Below the pieces are notes generated by a model. It did no database searches. It saw only the letters and a program-made list of their open reading frames with translations, and had not been told where the DNA came from. DNA of 64,000 bases. Source: Spirochaetales bacterium. Its GTDB lineage: Bacteria; Spirochaetota; Spirochaetia; JABEVK01. Below are positions 1 to 9,317 of this stretch, one piece after another (the stretch's first letter is position 1; each line of letters begins with the position of its first letter). The position numbers and the translations under genes were made by a program. Location of the stretch: NCBI GenBank assembly GCA_037142615.1, contig JBAXAI010000013.1, positions 1-64,000 on the forward strand, read 5' to 3'.

Positions 1-2
1 CC

Positions 3-131
3 CGGCTGAACCACCCATTGGACGAGAAATCCCGGCGCCAGATTCTGGAAGGGGTGGAAGAGGGGGGCGAGGTGATGGTATGCTATAGTTCGCGAGAATG
101 GCAGAAACGCACGGGAGTATCAAATGTATGA
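3..131 (+). CDS. 3' end of an upstream gene truncated by the window edge (possibly the BREX methyltransferase or another island gene)
   Basis: Open frame RLNHPLDEKSRRQILEG...SNV* whose TGA (129-131) overlaps the ATG at 124, the usual coupled arrangement. Too short to identify. Confidence 0.3.
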   Translation, partial: RLNHPLDEKSRRQILEGVEEGGEVMVCYSSREWQKRTGVSNV

Positions 132-1179
132 AAGCGTGACAATCAACTCTTTTCGGAGCATTCTGAAGGCCGAGCTTCCAGACCTGAATCGAGTCAATCT
201 TTTCATTGGGCCAAACAATTCAGGTAAGTCTTCCTTTCTGGAAGCCATTTACCTACTCTCATTACCGCTCAATGTCCAGGCAATCCTAGCTATTCTCGGC
301 AATCGATCAAACGGATTCCGACTTTCACAACGGTCAATTGTCTCTAATGCAGGCTGGCTTTTTCGAAATCATGATCTAGCGACCAAGGTGCAATTCTCTG
401 GGGTCGTAAACAAGAACAAATATTCTGTCAGTTTGCAACTTAAGGATTTCACAAAAGGCCAAGGTTCTAAGCTGAACTTCTCAGCCGACCAGAATATAGA
501 GGTTGGCAAACTTACGCTCTCATTTGCCGAAGATGGCAAGAACGCACCGCGAACACAGGAATTCTCTTTCACTAATGCGCAGGGGTGGGCAATCCCGAAT
601 GCACAATTTCCCTCTCTACAGGCCGCCGCTCTTATCAATCCACATTGGCATTCTGACCAAATGGTTGGGGTTAGGGAGTTCAGTGCTGCGCTGATGAACA
701 ACTTCACACCTGCCTGCATCGAACTTCTGAAAGAGTTTGATCCAAGAATCAGAGACATCAAGATCATCCTCGATGACGATGGAGTTCCTGAGCTCTTTGT
801 CGAAAGTGCCGACGTCGGACTTTATCCAATAACCATCTTAGGCGATGGGTACAAACGAGTATTTCTTTCGAGCATTGTCATGGCTCAGGTTGAGAACGGT
901 TGCCTGATGATGGATGAGTTTGACACTGGAATCCACCACAAAGTCCTGACACGATACTTTTCTTGGCTCGTCCAAATGGCAGCAAAGAAGAATATTCAGC
1001 TGTTCCTCTCCTCACATAGTATTGACGTCCTCGATATCTTGGCTGGTTTGCCGTCTGATCAACTTCGCCAGATCAACGTCTACCGGATCAAAAAAGATAA
1101 GGATCAGACGGTGGTTCAACTGGTTCCAGGCGAGTCCTTCGCAAGCAGCATTAATGAGCTGGGAGTGGACCTTCGATGA
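124..1179 (+). CDS. ABC-type ATPase (AAA_15/AAA_21-like), putative defence-system sensor
   Basis: Walker A GPNNSGKS near the N-terminus, signature-like LGDGYKR, Walker B/D-loop LMMDEFDTGIH, H-loop SSHS. No TM segments. Visibly lower GC than the rest of the window. Confidence 0.85.
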   Translation: MYESVTINSFRSILKAELPDLNRVNLFIGPNNSGKSSFLEAIYLLSLPLNVQAILAILGNRSNGFRLSQRSIVSNAGWLFRNHDLATKVQFSGVVNKNKYSVSLQLKDFTKGQGSKLNFSADQNIEVGKLTLSFAEDGKNAPRTQEFSFTNAQGWAIPNAQFPSLQAAALINPHWHSDQMVGVREFSAALMNNFTPACIELLKEFDPRIRDIKIILDDDGVPELFVESADVGLYPITILGDGYKRVFLSSIVMAQVENGCLMMDEFDTGIHHKVLTRYFSWLVQMAAKKNIQLFLSSHSIDVLDILAGLPSDQLRQINVYRIKKDKDQTVVQLVPGESFASSINELGVDLR

Positions 1180-1925
1180 AGTCAACTCTCATTCTAGTTG
1201 AGGGCGTCCATGACGCTGAGGTTGTTGGAAAGGTACTGCGAGAGAATGGATTTTCGCAAGTTAGGGTCAAGTCCGAGGTTAACAGCATCTGGGAAATTCT
1301 AATTCCCAAGAAATTTCCGGTGAACGATGACCTTCTCGAGCGAGTGAGCGTACCGTTTTTCTACGACTCGACCGACTCAACAGTAGCAGTGCGTGTCTGC
1401 AACAGTGTCTCGAAAGTAGAAGCCGTCTATAAAGACCTAAGGGACACCATTTACCCCAGGTTTTCAGGCATTGATAGCATCTTCGTTATCGTCGATTCCG
1501 ACAAGAAATCGGAAACGGAGGTGCGAAAGAGTCTCGTGACAAGTCTGAGCTTTCCAACTCCTGGAAAAGGCGTCGCAACTGCAGGAGGCAAGGCCTATGG
1601 GCTTTTTGTCGTTCCTAATAACAGTTCTCAGGGAACGATGGAATCGATCTTGACGGCCTGTGGTGAACTGAATTATCCAGATCTTCTTGAAAATGCAAGA
1701 AAGTTCGTGGACACAGTCGATCGGGCTAAACTGGACTCTAGTGACCTACAGGAAATTGGGAAGCCATTTGGCCGGGAAAAGGCGATAATTGGGGTGGCAG
1801 CGAACTTTTTGAAGCCAGGAAAATCGGTTGTGGCATCGATAAGTGACAATCGCTGGATTAGCAGTAGCTCGATCGAAGCGACCCAACTGAGTGTACTTAA
1901 AGAGTACATCTTGCCCCATTTGTGA
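1176..1925 (+). CDS. TOPRIM-like protein (DUF3226-like), putative nuclease effector
   Basis: N-terminal ILVEGVHD, central IVDSD (DxD) and GTMES motifs. ATGA overlap with the ATPase. Low GC. Confidence 0.7.
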   Translation: MKSTLILVEGVHDAEVVGKVLRENGFSQVRVKSEVNSIWEILIPKKFPVNDDLLERVSVPFFYDSTDSTVAVRVCNSVSKVEAVYKDLRDTIYPRFSGIDSIFVIVDSDKKSETEVRKSLVTSLSFPTPGKGVATAGGKAYGLFVVPNNSSQGTMESILTACGELNYPDLLENARKFVDTVDRAKLDSSDLQEIGKPFGREKAIIGVAANFLKPGKSVVASISDNRWISSSSIEATQLSVLKEYILPHL

Positions 1926-2041
1926 GGCAGAAGAGTGAATAGAGCAGACTCAAGTGTCGAGGCTCTCCGGCGTTGTTTTAACTTTGCTGAAAGTAGTATG
2001 GCTCGATTGGCTCACATGGGTTCAGAATTGCCACTTGCTCG

Positions 2042-3115
2042 GTGCCTAAGGTGAGTACCCTTCGTCACCTCGCCTCCCTGTCGAGCCTCCCCCTCTCCAC
2101 CACCTGGGCCCTCTCCGACCTCGGCGAGCTCCGAGGTATGCAAGAGCTCTTCACCCGCTCAGCCCCCCAAGTTCTCAAGACTCTCAAGGACTTCGCCTTG
2201 GTCGAAAGCGCCGTATCGTCCAACCGGATCGAAGGAGTTCACGTCGACGGCAAGCGAATCGGGACCGTGGTCTTTGGACAGTCTCCGGTCCGCGACCGAG
2301 ACGAAGAAGAAATCCGGGGATATAAGCAGGCCCTTGACCGCATCTATTCCAACCCGGAGTCATTGCCTATCACCCTCGAGTCTATCCAGGCACTCCATCG
2401 GCTCACCCGGGGAGAAATCTGGGACGCGGGACTTTGGAAAGATCGCGATGGCGACATCATCGAGAAGTACCCCGACGGCCGGGAACGAGTCCGATTCCAA
2501 ACGGTCCCGGCTAGCCAAACGCCCCAAGCGATGGCCGATCTCGTTGATCTGTACCGTGACCTCATCCGTGACCGAGTCGTTCCCCCGTTGGTCGTCATCG
2601 CAGCCTTCAACCTAGACTTCCTATGCATCCATCCATTCCGCGATGGAAACGGCAGGGTTTCTCGGCTGTTGTTGGCCCTCCAACTCGTCCAAAGTGGTTA
2701 CGAAGTCGGCCGCTACCTGAGTCTGGAGCGGCTCATCGAGTCGAACAAGGAACGCTACTACGAGACCCTCGAAACCAGTTCGCTCCACTGGCACGAAGCA
2801 AAGCATGACCCTTGGCCGTACACCAACTACCTCCTGTTCATCGTCAAGACCGCCTACAAGGACTTCGAGGAGCGTGCCCGACGGATCAAACCGGCGGCCG
2901 GGGCCAAGTCGCAGGCCGTCGTAGAAGCCATCCGGACCTTTCCGGGCCAGTTCACCATCACCGAACTTCAGACCGCCTGCTCGGAAGCAAGCCCTGACCT
3001 GCTCAGGAAAGTTCTGAAGCAGCTGAAAGCGCAAGGTGCCGTTGAGCCAGTGGGCTTTGGTCGGCTGGCGGCCTGGCGAGCGGTTCTCGAAAGTCAGTAC
3101 TGGGAATTGAAGTAG
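2042..3115 (+). CDS. Fic family protein (AMPylase) with C-terminal winged helix
   Basis: Canonical Fic motif HPFRDGNGRVSR and N-terminal autoinhibitory-type motif SNRIEG. Exact start uncertain (GTG). Confidence 0.9.
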   Translation: MPKVSTLRHLASLSSLPLSTTWALSDLGELRGMQELFTRSAPQVLKTLKDFALVESAVSSNRIEGVHVDGKRIGTVVFGQSPVRDRDEEEIRGYKQALDRIYSNPESLPITLESIQALHRLTRGEIWDAGLWKDRDGDIIEKYPDGRERVRFQTVPASQTPQAMADLVDLYRDLIRDRVVPPLVVIAAFNLDFLCIHPFRDGNGRVSRLLLALQLVQSGYEVGRYLSLERLIESNKERYYETLETSSLHWHEAKHDPWPYTNYLLFIVKTAYKDFEERARRIKPAAGAKSQAVVEAIRTFPGQFTITELQTACSEASPDLLRKVLKQLKAQGAVEPVGFGRLAAWRAVLESQYWELK

Positions 3116-3152
3116 GTAGAGAAGTGGGTATATATTCGATGAAGGAAGGCTC

Positions 3153-5423
3153 ATGACCCTGTTCCAATTGCTAGTCGAACAACTCATCGGAACAGCCAAA
3201 GCGGCAGGCTCGCAGGCTTTCAGACCCCGGGCGGTCTTGTGGACCGATGAAGCAGGAGAATGGATCGACGTCGTGCCACGCCTTCGTACCGAGATTCCCG
3301 GGCTCGTTTCCTTCGGGCAGTTCGATGCTACGATCAAACAGGGCCCTGCGGTTTACCTCCTGCCCCTGATCGATCGCCTCCTTCCCGAAGCGGACTGGTC
3401 CGCCGACATCATCCCCATCGCGTACTTGCCGGGAGTCAGCCGAGCCATGTTGCGAGATGTCTCGACCCTTGAATGGAACCTTCAACCGCTGGCGGCCCTC
3501 CAATACCAGTCTGTTTTCTGGACACAAGCCAACGGAAAGGACTGGACCCGCTTGGCGTTCGTCACTTCCGAGAGTGGCCCCGTTGGCTGGAAGTTGGCAG
3601 CCGACGAGGCCACCAAAGATGCATTTCGATCAACGTTTTCACAGTGGCTGGATCGAGAAGTGACTGACGGCCTTGGCCGAACACTGACGGCAGGTGATTT
3701 CCACCAAGCAGTGCTACCGGATACCGGCTCCATGGTGTTGCAGTGGCTCTGCAATCCAGCAGGTTTTCAGGCAGGGATCGCCCCCGATGTTTGGATCGCG
3801 TTTGTGTCGGAAGCTAAGAAGGCTTACCACCTCGACCTCGAAAAACAGACGCCTCTCGATGCCGTGAAGATGCTTTCGGTTCCAGGAGACCCCTCTTGGG
3901 ACGCCCTGTGGAAGAGGTTCACCCAGGCACCCTCGGACTACCCCGCCTTGGTAACGCTCCTTGAGCCCCTCCCGGCACCCAAGACGAGCGACATGTTCAA
4001 CGACACCTCTCGATTCCCGGCCTACAATACCGCCCAAGAGAAGGCCCTGTTTCAGTTGCTCCAAAAAACGAAAGGTCACTCCGTCGAGGAATTGCGTCAG
4101 GAAGTTCTGAGTGCCGAGAAGGACCATGCGAAACGTCGAACCTCCGTTTGGAGTCGATTGGGTAGGTCTCCGTTGGCGAAGGCTGTTGGAGTTCTCGCGG
4201 AACTGGCTCAAACGACGACGAAACCATTGAAGGCGCCTGACCTCGAAGCCATGGCGAAAGAATACACCGGCGCCGGGTGGAAATCTGACGCGGCGTTCCT
4301 GTCCGTCTTGTCGTCTGAAGTTCCGCTCGAGTTCAAAGATCTGGTTCACGAAATCGCCGACAGGATGTATCGCCCCTGGCTGCAGGACGCGAGCCTCGAC
4401 TTCCAGAAGCTCTCGCCCGGATATCCCCGAAAACAAGCCAAAGACGCTAACTCAGTGGATGAAGGAACGTGCCTGCTGTTCGTGGATGGGCTTCGCTGGG
4501 ATGTGGGTCAGGCTTTGGTCACCCGTCTCAAGTCGGACAGCCTCGAAGTCAGCGTCTCCTCTACCTGGGCAGCCCTCCCGACAGTTACCGCGACCGCCAA
4601 ACCTGCCGTATCGCCCCTAGAGTCCTTCCTGGTGGGCTCAGAAAATTCGACAACGTTCGAAGTGGCCACCACGGCCCAGTTCCGAAAGCAATTGGGTGAC
4701 CTCGGCTACTTGGTCTTGGGCGACGCTGAAACGGGGAACGGATCTGGCCGAGCTTGGGCCGAGAACGGAGACCTCGATACCCTCGGCCACGGAGGGAAGC
4801 TCGAAGGCAACTGGTCCAAAGTCATCGACGAGATTGTGTATCGGGTTCAGGGACTGGTTGGTGCGGGGTGGCAAGTCAAGATCGTGACCGACCATGGTTG
4901 GCTCTACCTTCCCCGAGAATTACCAAAGACCGAGTTTGCTGGTTTGTTGAGCCCCAACAAGGGCGAGCGGGCGGCCTGGCTTCATCCTGGCAATCCCCCG
5001 ACCGAGCTGCAAGCTCCATGGTTCTGGAACCCGCTGCTCTCGTTCCAGACGAGCCCAGGGATCAGCACCTTCTGGGGAGGAAAGCAATACTCCCACGGGG
5101 GGCTCAGCCTTCAAGAGTGTGTAGTCCCCACGATTCTGATCCGAGGCGGTGCAACTGCTGGCAGTTCTGCATTGGCTCTCACCGAAAAACGATGGAAGGG
5201 TATGCGCCTGGTCCTCAACTGGACATCACAGCCCGAAGGTTTCAAGATGGACCTGAGAACCGCTGCTGCCGATGGCCGAACAACCCTCATTGACGGCCTG
5301 ATGGACCTTGGCCCTAGCCTTATGGTTGTCGATGACGAGCTCGTGGGTCAGGAGCATTGGCTGGTCGCCCTCAATGACGGTGGACAGGTCGTATTCCAAG
5401 AAAAGCTCAGGATCGGAGGCTGA
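3153..5423 (+). CDS. pglZ: BREX system PglZ (type B), alkaline-phosphatase superfamily
   Basis: Motifs LFVDGLRWDVG, ALPTVTATAK, IVTDHGW and HGGLSLQECVVP. N-terminal AVLWTD..GEW/GPA typical of type-B PglZ. Immediately upstream of brxL. Confidence 0.9.
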   Translation: MTLFQLLVEQLIGTAKAAGSQAFRPRAVLWTDEAGEWIDVVPRLRTEIPGLVSFGQFDATIKQGPAVYLLPLIDRLLPEADWSADIIPIAYLPGVSRAMLRDVSTLEWNLQPLAALQYQSVFWTQANGKDWTRLAFVTSESGPVGWKLAADEATKDAFRSTFSQWLDREVTDGLGRTLTAGDFHQAVLPDTGSMVLQWLCNPAGFQAGIAPDVWIAFVSEAKKAYHLDLEKQTPLDAVKMLSVPGDPSWDALWKRFTQAPSDYPALVTLLEPLPAPKTSDMFNDTSRFPAYNTAQEKALFQLLQKTKGHSVEELRQEVLSAEKDHAKRRTSVWSRLGRSPLAKAVGVLAELAQTTTKPLKAPDLEAMAKEYTGAGWKSDAAFLSVLSSEVPLEFKDLVHEIADRMYRPWLQDASLDFQKLSPGYPRKQAKDANSVDEGTCLLFVDGLRWDVGQALVTRLKSDSLEVSVSSTWAALPTVTATAKPAVSPLESFLVGSENSTTFEVATTAQFRKQLGDLGYLVLGDAETGNGSGRAWAENGDLDTLGHGGKLEGNWSKVIDEIVYRVQGLVGAGWQVKIVTDHGWLYLPRELPKTEFAGLLSPNKGERAAWLHPGNPPTELQAPWFWNPLLSFQTSPGISTFWGGKQYSHGGLSLQECVVPTILIRGGATAGSSALALTEKRWKGMRLVLNWTSQPEGFKMDLRTAAADGRTTLIDGLMDLGPSLMVVDDELVGQEHWLVALNDGGQVVFQEKLRIGG

Positions 5424-5424
5424 A

Positions 5425-7470
5425 ATGACACTCGACGCACTGGACCAAAAAGCCGCCGCCACTCTAGACGCCTACATCGTCCGAAAAGACCTGGTGAAGA
5501 CCTTCAGCAAACAGTACCCGGTGCCCACTTATGTCGTGGAGTTCCTGCTAGGACGTTACTGCGCGACCACCGACGAGAACGAGATCCAAGAAGGACTGAA
5601 GATCGTCGAGAAGCAACTCTCATCCCGAACGGTTCGAGCCGGGGAAGAAGAGCTGTTCAAGTCGCGTGCCAAGGAACAAGGTTCGGTAAAACTCATCGAC
5701 CTGATCAGTGCCCGCCTCGATTCTGCCACCGACTCGTACTTGGCGACCATCCCGTCGGTGCGGCTCAAAGACGTGAGAATCAGTTCAGAGTTCGTCAACG
5801 AGAACGAACGGCTCCTAACGGGCGGCTTCTACGCTGAGGTCAGCCTTTCTTACGATGCCTCGATTGCCCAAGAGAAGAACGGGCGTCCATTTGGAGTCGA
5901 AGGGCTTCGGGCCATCCAACTCTCCAACCACGACGTGCTGCAGGTTCTCTGGCAAGCCCGACTGCAGTTCACCACGGCCGAGTGGAAGGACCTCTTGCTC
6001 CGCAGCGTGGGGTTCGAACCAGCCTCGCTGTCGCCCCGCCAGAAGGATTCCCTCCTGCTCAGAATGGTTCCTTTCGTGGAGCGAAACTACAACCTCATCG
6101 AGCTGGGCCCTCGCGGTACCGGCAAGAGTCACCTCTTTCAGCAAGTTTCTCCCTACGCTCACTTGGTGTCGGGCGGAAAGGCGACCGTGGCCAAGATGTT
6201 TGTCGATAACGGAAGCGGCCGTCGCGGTCTTGTCTGCCAGTATGACGTCGTCTGCTTCGACGAAGTCTCGGGCATCTCGTTCGACCAAAAAGACGGCGTC
6301 AACATCATGAAGGGCTATATGGAATCCGGCGAGTTCAGCCGTGGCCGCGAGAGCATCCGAGCCGACGGTAGCATCGTCATGGTGGGCAACTTCGACGTCG
6401 ATGTGGAGCACCAACAGCGCATCGGCCACCTGTTCGGTCCTATGCCTCCCGAGATGCGCAACGATACGGCCTTCATGGACCGTATCCACGCCTTCCTTCC
6501 CGGCTGGGATATTCCGAAACTGAACGGAACGTTCTTCACCGAGCACTTCGGCTTGGTCAGCGACTTCCTCTCCGAATGCTTTGCTCAGCTGCGGCGGGGA
6601 AGCCGTGTCTCCTCCCTCCAAGGTCGTGTTCAATGGGGTGGGGCGTTGAGTGGTCGCGATACCAACGGCGTCAACAAGACCGTCTCAGGCCTACTGAAAC
6701 TCTTGTACCCGGATGCCGAGTCACCTGTACCTGATGAAGACCTCGAGTGGGCCGTTCGTCTCGGACTCGAGTGCCGTCGGCGGGTAAAAGAACAGCAGAA
6801 GCGCATTGGTTCCGCTGAGTTCCGCAATACCCACTTCAGCTACACCCTGGGGAACGATGGCGTCGAGAAGTTCGTGACAACCCCTGAGCTCTACAGCGAG
6901 AACAGCATCAACGCCGACCCGCTGGAACCTGGTCAGGTCTGGACGATCTCACCCGGCGGTGCCGAGGAGAATCCTGGACTTTTCCGGATCGAAGTGACCG
7001 AGGCCCCCGGCTCCGGTGTTCGCATCCTCAACAAACCCGCACCGGCAGCATTCCAAGAGAGCGTTCGATTCGCCGAGCAGAATCTCTATGCTCGAGCAAC
7101 CCAGCTGGTAGGTGACCGTGACCCTCGAGCCCACGAGTTCTCCGTCCAGCTTCGCTCATTCGACGCCGTGACCAGCGGAAGTCTGGTGGGGATGGGTGTT
7201 CTATTGGCCCTCAGCGGTTCGCTCCTCAAGAAGTCTCTCAAGGGTGGAATGGTCATCGTCGGATCGATCAATCTCGGCGGCTCGGTGGAGCCTGTATACA
7301 ACGCCGTCAACGTCGTCGAGCTGGCCATCGAGAAGGGGGCATCAACTATCCTGTTGCCCGTCACATGTCGTAAGCAGCTGCTGGACCTCTCGGACGACAT
7401 GGCGACTAAGGCGGACATTCAGTTTTATTCCGAAGCGAAAGATGCCCTGCTGAAGGCGATTGTGGAGTAG
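5425..7470 (+). CDS. brxL: BREX Lon-related AAA+ protein BrxL
   Basis: VPTYVVEFLLGRYC, ELGPRGTGKSH (Walker A), VVCFDEV, MKGYMESGEFSRG, AFMDRIH and a C-terminal Lon-like domain. Start reassigned to ATG 5425, 1 nt after the pglZ stop, with GGAGG upstream. Confidence 0.93.
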   Translation: MTLDALDQKAAATLDAYIVRKDLVKTFSKQYPVPTYVVEFLLGRYCATTDENEIQEGLKIVEKQLSSRTVRAGEEELFKSRAKEQGSVKLIDLISARLDSATDSYLATIPSVRLKDVRISSEFVNENERLLTGGFYAEVSLSYDASIAQEKNGRPFGVEGLRAIQLSNHDVLQVLWQARLQFTTAEWKDLLLRSVGFEPASLSPRQKDSLLLRMVPFVERNYNLIELGPRGTGKSHLFQQVSPYAHLVSGGKATVAKMFVDNGSGRRGLVCQYDVVCFDEVSGISFDQKDGVNIMKGYMESGEFSRGRESIRADGSIVMVGNFDVDVEHQQRIGHLFGPMPPEMRNDTAFMDRIHAFLPGWDIPKLNGTFFTEHFGLVSDFLSECFAQLRRGSRVSSLQGRVQWGGALSGRDTNGVNKTVSGLLKLLYPDAESPVPDEDLEWAVRLGLECRRRVKEQQKRIGSAEFRNTHFSYTLGNDGVEKFVTTPELYSENSINADPLEPGQVWTISPGGAEENPGLFRIEVTEAPGSGVRILNKPAPAAFQESVRFAEQNLYARATQLVGDRDPRAHEFSVQLRSFDAVTSGSLVGMGVLLALSGSLLKKSLKGGMVIVGSINLGGSVEPVYNAVNVVELAIEKGASTILLPVTCRKQLLDLSDDMATKADIQFYSEAKDALLKAIVE

Positions 7471-7568
7471 CTCCAAGCCATCACATTGCCGACGTATTCC
7501 GACCGAGCGACCTCGTGAACGGCTCGATTCCCGTTAAGTACTACCAGTTCGAATAACTTTGTCGCGGC

Positions 7569-9317
7569 TCAAAGGTCGTGATAGACCGGCGTTTCCGTCT
7601 CGTCGTCGGTGTGATAAACGCGCAGCGCCGGGCCGTGAAAGTCACAGGTGACGGCGACCACCGTCGCGAACAACCGCAATTGCGAACCGAGAGTTTCACG
7701 GTACAGCAAACGGGGCGAAAAGGTGCGCTCGAGGGCAAGTTCCGAAGTACCCGCCTCGGGCTCCTCGGCCAGTTCGCGCGCGACAGCCTCGCGAAGCAGG
7801 CGGTTACGCTCGCCCGACGGCAGCCACGACGAATGAGGCGCAGCCAAGAGGCGGTCGATAGCAGGCCAAAGCCAGTGAATGGCCGACGAGTTGAGGCCCG
7901 GCTGCACCCCAGCCGTAGACCAGAAGGCCCCCAACACGGCACCCGTCAACCGCTGGAACAGGTGCGCTTCCAAGCCGTCTGCGGGGTATCCCGACCAAGT
8001 GCGCAAGACGGCCGCTTCCTCGGTTTCGGGAAGCAAAAACCGCAGTTGGGGAAGGAGCGTTGACGCCTGAAGCGGAGCGTCGCTCGTCAGGAGGGTTTCC
8101 AGCTCGGGCCCGCCGCTGCCGGGCAAAGCGAGTTGCTGCTCGACCCACCGTTGCACGGCCAGCAAAGGTTGCACCACGGAGGTTTTTCGCGTCGCGGCCT
8201 CGAGTTTGGCTGGCAGTGTCGAGGGAAGCCACGCCTCACGCGGGTGATTGCGCGCCCAGCGCGGACCGGCCTCCCAAGTGGCTGCTCCGCCGTGCGCATC
8301 GGTGGCGCTGACCGTGAGTGCGGCCGATCCACCCGGTTGCCAAAAGGCCTTCAGCTCGCCAACCCCGCTCTTGGTCATCGAGCCCAGCATCAGTTCGAGG
8401 GTTCCCGGTTTGAGGTTGCCCAGAGTCTCACCCCCGGCCCAACGAAAACTAAGGTCGCCTCGCTCCCCGTGAAAATCCACCACATCACCCCAAGAAGGGG
8501 ACAGGTGCCACGCGAGGGTGCTGTTTCGCCCGGTCAGCAGCCCGGGCATACCGGGAACGCTGAGCCCTCGCCAATTGTCACCGGGAATCTCTATCCTGAT
8601 CTCCAGATAGGGAAGGCCAGGCTCCGTGACGTCAGTGACCATCGAAACGCCCCACTGGGCACCCGTAACCTGCAGTCCGGGTCTCCAGCGCCGAAGCCGG
8701 TTGAGCAGACCGGTGGCCTGCGGACTCAGGGGCGGTGGGCGCTGCAGAGTCTCGAAGGGCTTTCGGTCCGGCTCTTCGCCCAGCTCAGGAAGCAGGTCGG
8801 CCAGCCTTTCCCAAGACACGCCAGAGTGCAACAACTCCAAAAGGAAGAACACGAGTTCGCCCCGGGTTTCCCACCAACTGAAGAAGCCCCACGTGCGGCA
8901 CAGCAGGATGCTGTCTTGTACGATCCATGGGCTGCGACCGAACTCCGGTCGCTGCCAAGGCCAGACTCGGATACCGGCTTGCTGGGCCGAAAAACCCGCA
9001 GCGTAGGCTTCGGCTAGCCCCCGCGCTTCGGGTGGCAAGCTCTGAGCTTCGGCGTCCAGTTGCCTCGTGAAGCCCCAAGACGAAGTGAAGGTATCGAGCT
9101 CGGTGTGGGCGAGTGTGGCTCCCGGCACCAGCGACAGGCTGGAACGGGTCAGCGCCCGCGCAAAAAGGGCCTCATCCGCTCGGGTGAGCGCGTGCAGGTA
9201 GCCTTGGGCCCAAAAGGCCGCGTCACGGTCGCCCGACTCCAGGTGCCACACGCTTCCGGGTGCCTCGAAAAGGGATACCTCGCCGAAGGGCGAGTCGAGG
9301 ATCAGCGGTTTCTTCAG
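7569..9317 (-). CDS. Degenerate penicillin acylase (Ntn-hydrolase) family protein
   Basis: Alpha-chain motifs FWAQGYLHA, EAYAAGF, W..QDS and beta-chain motif GLSVPGMPGLLTGRNSTLAW. No SNxW nucleophile motif. First canonical start is GTG 9251; the frame is open to CTG 9317. Confidence 0.6.
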   Translation of the reverse strand: MKKPLILDSPFGEVSLFEAPGSVWHLESGDRDAAFWAQGYLHALTRADEALFARALTRSSLSLVPGATLAHTELDTFTSSWGFTRQLDAEAQSLPPEARGLAEAYAAGFSAQQAGIRVWPWQRPEFGRSPWIVQDSILLCRTWGFFSWWETRGELVFFLLELLHSGVSWERLADLLPELGEEPDRKPFETLQRPPPLSPQATGLLNRLRRWRPGLQVTGAQWGVSMVTDVTEPGLPYLEIRIEIPGDNWRGLSVPGMPGLLTGRNSTLAWHLSPSWGDVVDFHGERGDLSFRWAGGETLGNLKPGTLELMLGSMTKSGVGELKAFWQPGGSAALTVSATDAHGGAATWEAGPRWARNHPREAWLPSTLPAKLEAATRKTSVVQPLLAVQRWVEQQLALPGSGGPELETLLTSDAPLQASTLLPQLRFLLPETEEAAVLRTWSGYPADGLEAHLFQRLTGAVLGAFWSTAGVQPGLNSSAIHWLWPAIDRLLAAPHSSWLPSGERNRLLREAVARELAEEPEAGTSELALERTFSPRLLYRETLGSQLRLFATVVAVTCDFHGPALRVYHTDDETETPVYHDL

